Assembly: GCF_006345805.1 (NCBI RefSeq)
Contig: NC_043013.1
Location: 26,412,001-26,476,000, forward strand
Length of the DNA: 64,000 nt
From: Octopus sinensis
Lineage: Eukaryota
Direction of reading: 5' to 3'
Under the pieces are notes generated by a model, which did not search any database, had not been told where the DNA came from, and saw only the letters and a program-made list of their open reading frames with translations. A program made the position numbers and the translations under genes. This document shows, in pieces, positions 59,178-64,000 of the stretch (its first letter is position 1; every line of letters begins with the position of its first letter).

Positions 59178-61588
59178 TTAAGCCCTTGGTTGTGCAACGA
59201 GTTCTTTTAAACAGCCAAGCACTTCAATAAAGCTGTTTTCTCTCTTCATAATGCTGTTGCTAAAAACATATTCAAAACTGTTGACAAGATATAAGTAGGC
59301 TTCGCTCAGTGGATTATTGAAGAATTCTACAAGAATTTGGGGGAACATTTTCTTCAGAATCGAAAAAAAGATTTCAGTATAAAATGTCATCTGCATTTTT
59401 CTTGATCAAGAAGCTTGTTAGTTTACCAGCTTCTTTTGAAGTAAAGGCAATACTACTTTCGTACCTTGCTCTTTCTATGTGTTGCTTGATATCAGACTTC
59501 CCGTCATGTTCAATAATAATAATGTTCGTCCTTCGGTTCGAAGATGACCAACTGACATCATCTGATGGAACTGCCGCCATGAGACCGGAGGTGGCTGGTG
59601 AGGCCAATCCGGGCAAGGAAGCCCCTCCCACAGGTGGGGCAGAAGTGGGTAGGGCCAGTGCTACTGGTGCAGGCGGCTCTGACTTTACGCATCTGACGTT
59701 TCTGCTCCGCTGACCGAATCCGTCCCTCCTCGGCTGTCCCTGCTCCCACGGTGATTGCGCTGCGCCAGGATGAGCGGTTGGCAGCAAGTGTCTCCCAGGT
59801 CTCTGTTCCGATGGAGAAGTCTTTGAGAGAGACCTTGAGACTATCCTTGTAGCGCTTTTTCTGCCCTCCGACTTTGCGCCTGCCCTGGCCGAGTTCACCG
59901 TAGAAGAGCTGTTTTGGGATGCGAGTGTCGGACATGCGGGAGACATGGCCCGCCCATCTCAGCTGGGCCTTGCGCATGATTGTGATGGTGCTAGGGAGAT
60001 CTGCCTGCTTCAGAACTTCCGTGTCTGGGACTTTGTCCTGCCAGCGGATGTGAAGGAGATTCCGAAGACACCTGAGATGGAAGTGGTTTATCTGGCGCTC
60101 GTGCCTTCGGTAAGCAGTCCACGTCTCGCAGCCGTATAGTAGAGTGGTAAGCACGACTGCCCGGTAGACTTTCAGCTTGGTGTTGAGGCTGATTCCTCTC
60201 CGCTCCCAGACTTTCTTTCGCAGTCTCCCAAACGCGCTGCTTGCCTTGGAGATTCTGTTGATGGTTTCAGCATCTATGTTGGCATTGCAGGAGAGAGTGC
60301 TGCCCAGGTAGGTGAAGTTTTCCACCACTCGTAAGATCCGTCCGTTCACCCTTATCTGAGGCTCATGGTATTGTTTGCCGGGGGCTGGCTGAAACATCAC
60401 TTCGGTTTTCTTTGCACTGATGGTGAGACCGAAGTTGTCACAGGCTGATGAGAACCTGTCCATCTCGAGCTGCATCTCCTGCTCATCGATTGCATTAAGG
60501 GCGCAGTCGTCAGCAAAGAGAAAGTCTCTGACGACTGTCTCCCTCACCTTTGTGACAGCCTGCAATCTCCTGGAGTTGAAAAGTTTCCCGTCTGTCCTGT
60601 ACTTGATGTTGATACCGGACTTGCAGTCCCTAAAGGCGTCGGACATCATTGCCGAGAACATGATGCTGAACAGTGTTGGGGCCAGGACACAGCCCTGCCT
60701 GACTCCGTTGGTCACCTGGAAGGCTTCAGATGAGTTGCCGTCTTCAAGGACTCTGGCTGTCATTCCGTCGTGGAACTGGCGGACAATTGCAATAAATTTG
60801 CTGGGGCAACCAAATTTTCCCATGACCTTCCATAGTCCCTCCCGACTGACTGTATCAAAGGCCTTGGTGAGGTCAACAAAGGTCATGCAGAGGTCAAGGT
60901 GCTGCTCCATGCATTTCTCCTGGAGCTGGCGGGCGGCGAATATCATGTCAGTGGTCCCTCGACCCGCACGGAAGCCACACTGGCTCTCAGGGAGAAGGCC
61001 TTGCTCCAAGTGTTCCAGAAGGCGGTCAAGCAGGACCCGGCCAGGATCTTGCCTGCTATGGACAAGAGGGAATACCTCGGTGGTTGTCGCAGGACTGCCG
61101 ATCTCCTTCAATACAGAAACGGAAATTACATACACCACTGTTTGCTTCAAAACAACTTCTGCTTTGTTTGATAAATGTCCATTCGCTGGAATATTCATCT
61201 CGAAATTTACACTTACATTTTGGCATCTTGGGCTGGATGGATTAGTTTTTAAATTAGAAAGAAAGTGGGCCATGGCAAGTAGTAACAACACACTTTGCTG
61301 ACATTATCAAGTTGCAAAAACGTCAGTTTTGTGTAAACTTCTTGCAGCACATTTCTTCATTACATTTAGGTTATTTTCATCAAGAAAATATGAAAAAAGA
61401 AAGCATAATTACTCATAAAGTTACAACCAAGGACCATAAGAAGATAGTAAAAATATATTTTTACTACAAGATTCGAAAATGAGCTAAATACAGGACATTT
61501 GGGGTATCCCTAAAAGGTCAGTATGGGGCAAGGGACAAAACTATCAAATATGGAATGTCTCATATATAAGGGACGTCTGGCAACCATA
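59178..61588 (-). mobile_element. Internally deleted hAT-superfamily transposon hosting the RTE LINE
   Basis: Terminal TATGGTTGCCAGACGTCCC at 61588. ATG at 61226 gives MPKCKCKFRDEYSSEWTFIKQSRSCFEANSGVCNFRFCIEHDGKSDIKQHIERARY..KLTSFL (degenerate BED-type finger) once the LINE and one TSD are removed. Downstream PQILVEFFNNPLSEAYLYLV. Second TIR not found. Confidence 0.65.
59516..61106 (-). mobile_element. Young 5'-truncated RTE-clade (BovB-like) LINE: RT plus C-terminal C2H2-like finger, (ATT)n tail
   Basis: LPESQCGFRAGRGTTDMIF, FVDLTKAFDTV, GVRQGCVLAP, FLFADD, FTYLGS, LLYGCETW, LRWAGHV, CPTCGRGFLARIGLTSHLRSH. TSD TTCAATA at 59509-59515 and 61107-61113. True 5' frame is GDRQSCDNHRGISLLSIAGKILAR with two 1-bp deletions, so the first ~75 aa of the ORF-track protein are spurious. 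Confidence 0.93.
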
Positions 61589-62754
61589 AGTGTACTTGAC
61601 CAGATGGTCATTTATTTTATCGACACTGAGAAGATGAAAACCAAAGTTAACTTTGATAGGATTTGAACACAGGACATAAAGCACTGGAATAAATTCTGTG
61701 TGGCATTTTTTTCTGATGCTTCAATGATTCGGCCAATCCACTGCTCTCAATCAGTAAATTAAAGATGAAAAGTTGGCAGAAATAGTAGAACATTAGCTGA
61801 AGTATTATTTTTTTCACTCTTTTGACTTTGTCAGTCCAAATGCTGTTGGGAAGGACTTCGTCACATTTCCATATTCCCTGCAGACATTTCTGCTTGATAG
61901 TACAAGCTAATGCTAAGGCCTCTGTGTGATCACTCAGCCAGTTAGCAAATACATGCTCTTAAAATTATACCATACTGTCTTTAAGAAAAGTTAAGATCAG
62001 CAGTGGCTTATATATAGGCACTGCAGAACTGCAGCACTCCCTATTTCCACTCAATATAATCAATAACATTCAATATAATGAGTTCTTTTTTTCTTTAATT
62101 CTTTCTTTATGCTTGTACATTATATAATCCTTAAGCTTAATCTCAGTAGTCATCCCCCAGTTTATGAAAAAAATATAAAAGTCCTTGTATAGAACTGTGT
62201 GGTTCACAGAGGTGTTTGGCTGTTGTGCACATGCTCACATGTCCAAGACAGGAAGCTACATGCTAGGGAGAGAGAGCACTGTGGTTCGAGCAGTGCCAAC
62301 CCTGGTGTGCTGGTGAAAGGTAGTGTATCTTTTTGACTCCATGTGTGTTGTGCTTAAAAACATGTTTATATTCTTGAATGGGATAAAACGTAGAATTAGA
62401 TTATTATCCTACTTCCAGCTACAGTGTTGCTGCCAGGATTTGAAAAATAGGGCACATTTTCCACCCTTATTTTGTGATTTAGGGGGTATTTTTGAGAAAC
62501 AAGGGGAAATTCATGGCAATGTTCAGTGAGCAAATTAACCACACTGCCTGGCAGTGGCTAAAACATGAACTGATCAAGTTTATGCATAAATTTTCATTTT
62601 ATGTGTTTGTTTCCTTTTACACAAAATTAAAACAACGGCTAAAAATTTTCTGAAACAACACCACCACTAATTTTATCTATGAGCCACCATTGGTCAAGAT
62701 ATATTTCTGGAAAAACACAGAATAATAATAATAACAATGAAATTATTGTGTATA

Positions 62755-63125
62755 GTGCTCGGGTGCACTACAGCTTATCAAAGGTGCATGTATAGTACAT
62801 AGAATTATATACAAAAATCAGGGAAGTGAACAGTGTATGAGTCATGATATACGTGTGTGCATGTGTATGGATGGAGGGGGATTTTGGGTGTAGTGTTGGC
62901 GAATTTCAGAAAGCATGTAGGTTTTTAAAGGATGCAGTGTCTCGGTATCTAACAACTGATGCAGGTGGTTTGATCCATGCTTCAGCAACTCTGAGTGTGA
63001 AAAAATGCTTCCGAAAGTCATGGGAGCTGTGCTGTTTTCTGACTTTGTAGGCATGCCCACATCTGTTACACACATGGAGTTCAAAAAGGTGCTTAAGGTG
63101 GATGTTGGCACGATGGTTAATAATT
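62755..63125 (-). mobile_element. CR1-group LINE 3' fragment, same family as 26990-27510
   Basis: Reverse-complement match, including AAGTTGTGGTGCACCTGAGCACT.TATACAATAATTTCATT and the ORF end. Confidence 0.8.
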
Positions 63126-63479
63126 CAGCTGAAGGATCTTTGTGGTTTTCATCACTGTTTACGATTATCTTTAAAGAAATTTTTTAATGTATCATATACA
63201 TGTAATTTTTGATGCCCTTGGTTTAAAGGACGAGAAACATTATTTAATCTATTTGTATTATGCTGAAAAAACGAACGAATTTACTTGGCTTGGACGGATT
63301 TCATTGAAATCTTTTCTTTGAGAGTTACCTCCCTTGCATTTGAAAGCATCTTAAAACGTCTACAATCCAACTTTTATTCAATTACAAGACATTTTTTATT
63401 GTCACTCTTGTTACACAATACCTAAAATACGCTCTCTCTGTCTCTCGCTCACTACATTCCTCATAGGGTACACAATATG

Positions 63480-63900
63480 GTCTCGAGCTAATATCAATTA
63501 CTTTAAAATATTTTATCAATTCATCGACCAACAAACTAAGAGGAGCACCATATTTGGGATGAATCCATATTGTAGTCTCAGCCAACATGTCTTAAGTTTA
63601 GAAAAAGTGATAAACTCATTTTCATTTAGAGTTATTGGCTGGTTCTTCTTTGTTCAGTGCTGAACAAGGTCTGTGAGTGGTCAAGCTGATTTCTGTAGAG
63701 TGAGGAATAAATCTCTGATAGAAAGTATCAGTTCTAGAAATTTACTTAGTTTCCACACTGATGTTAGTTCTGGAAAATCTATAATGGACTTCACTTTCTC
63801 GAGGAGTGGACAGATTCCTTCCTTGTCAATGAATGTACCTGAAGAATGATAAAAAAAAAAAAAACTCTCTTGTTGGGATTAATAATGGCTCCCATACTCA
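63480..63900 (-). mobile_element. Ty3/Gypsy pol relic (RT-RNaseH connection)
   Basis: IDKEGICPLLEKVKSIIDFPELTSVWKLSKFLEL, YQRFIPHS..PLTDL, LAETTIWIHPKYGAPLSLLVD. Confidence 0.7.
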
Positions 63901-64000
63901 GTCAAATGTAAGTAAAACAAATTCAGGTGCTCTTCATGTTTTTCTTTGGAATTACTTGCATAGAGAAAAAACAAAAGACACATATCACAGTATCAATAAT

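Noticed and set aside
61114-61291. N-terminal extension of the 577-aa LINE ORF
   Set aside because: It lies outside the TSD, belongs to the hAT element in another frame, and is fused only through two 1-bp deletions.
60420-61301. 293-aa plus-strand ORF (also 59384-59713 and 17942-18483)
   Set aside because: Antisense shadows of LINE coding sequence with no independent protein features.
63742-63860. Apparent splice acceptor (T)nATCATTCTTCAG and exon on the minus strand
   Set aside because: The downstream translation matches a Gypsy RT-RNaseH connection, so it is better explained as a retrotransposon relic. A UTR exon cannot be fully excluded.

Overview
AT-rich, repeat-dominated animal genomic DNA, most likely from an octopus or other coleoid cephalopod (inferred from the SINE/RTE repertoire and microsatellite density, not proven). 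Two host genes can be supported, and they are convergent. (1) The last coding exon of TMPPE (+, 3009-3199; GHTHGGQ metallophosphoesterase motif), which the ORF track misses. (2) A galactose-3-O-sulfotransferase gene (-) whose likely start exon (55981-56095) splices across a ~19.7-kb intron into the catalytic exon (35111-36248), giving a 394-aa type II membrane protein. The rest is mobile DNA and simple repeats: tRNA-derived SINEs, RTE, CR1 and RLE-type LINE fragments, mariner, pogo, hAT and Tc1 relics, a Gypsy pol relic and a solo LTR. The most unusual part is a Penelope-like element (PLE) cluster at about 34-48 kb, mostly inside the sulfotransferase intron. It holds a near-intact RT+GIY-YIG element whose N-terminus lies inverted downstream yet rejoins in frame, a CCAAT/CRE tandem array, and a ~1-kb spacerless palindrome with a hammerhead-ribozyme fold in each arm. 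Just downstream of the gene is a perfect 154-bp inverted duplication. Most ORF-track entries are microsatellite or antisense artefacts. All calls come from reading the sequence by eye; no searches or folding programs were run, and repeat boundaries are approximate.
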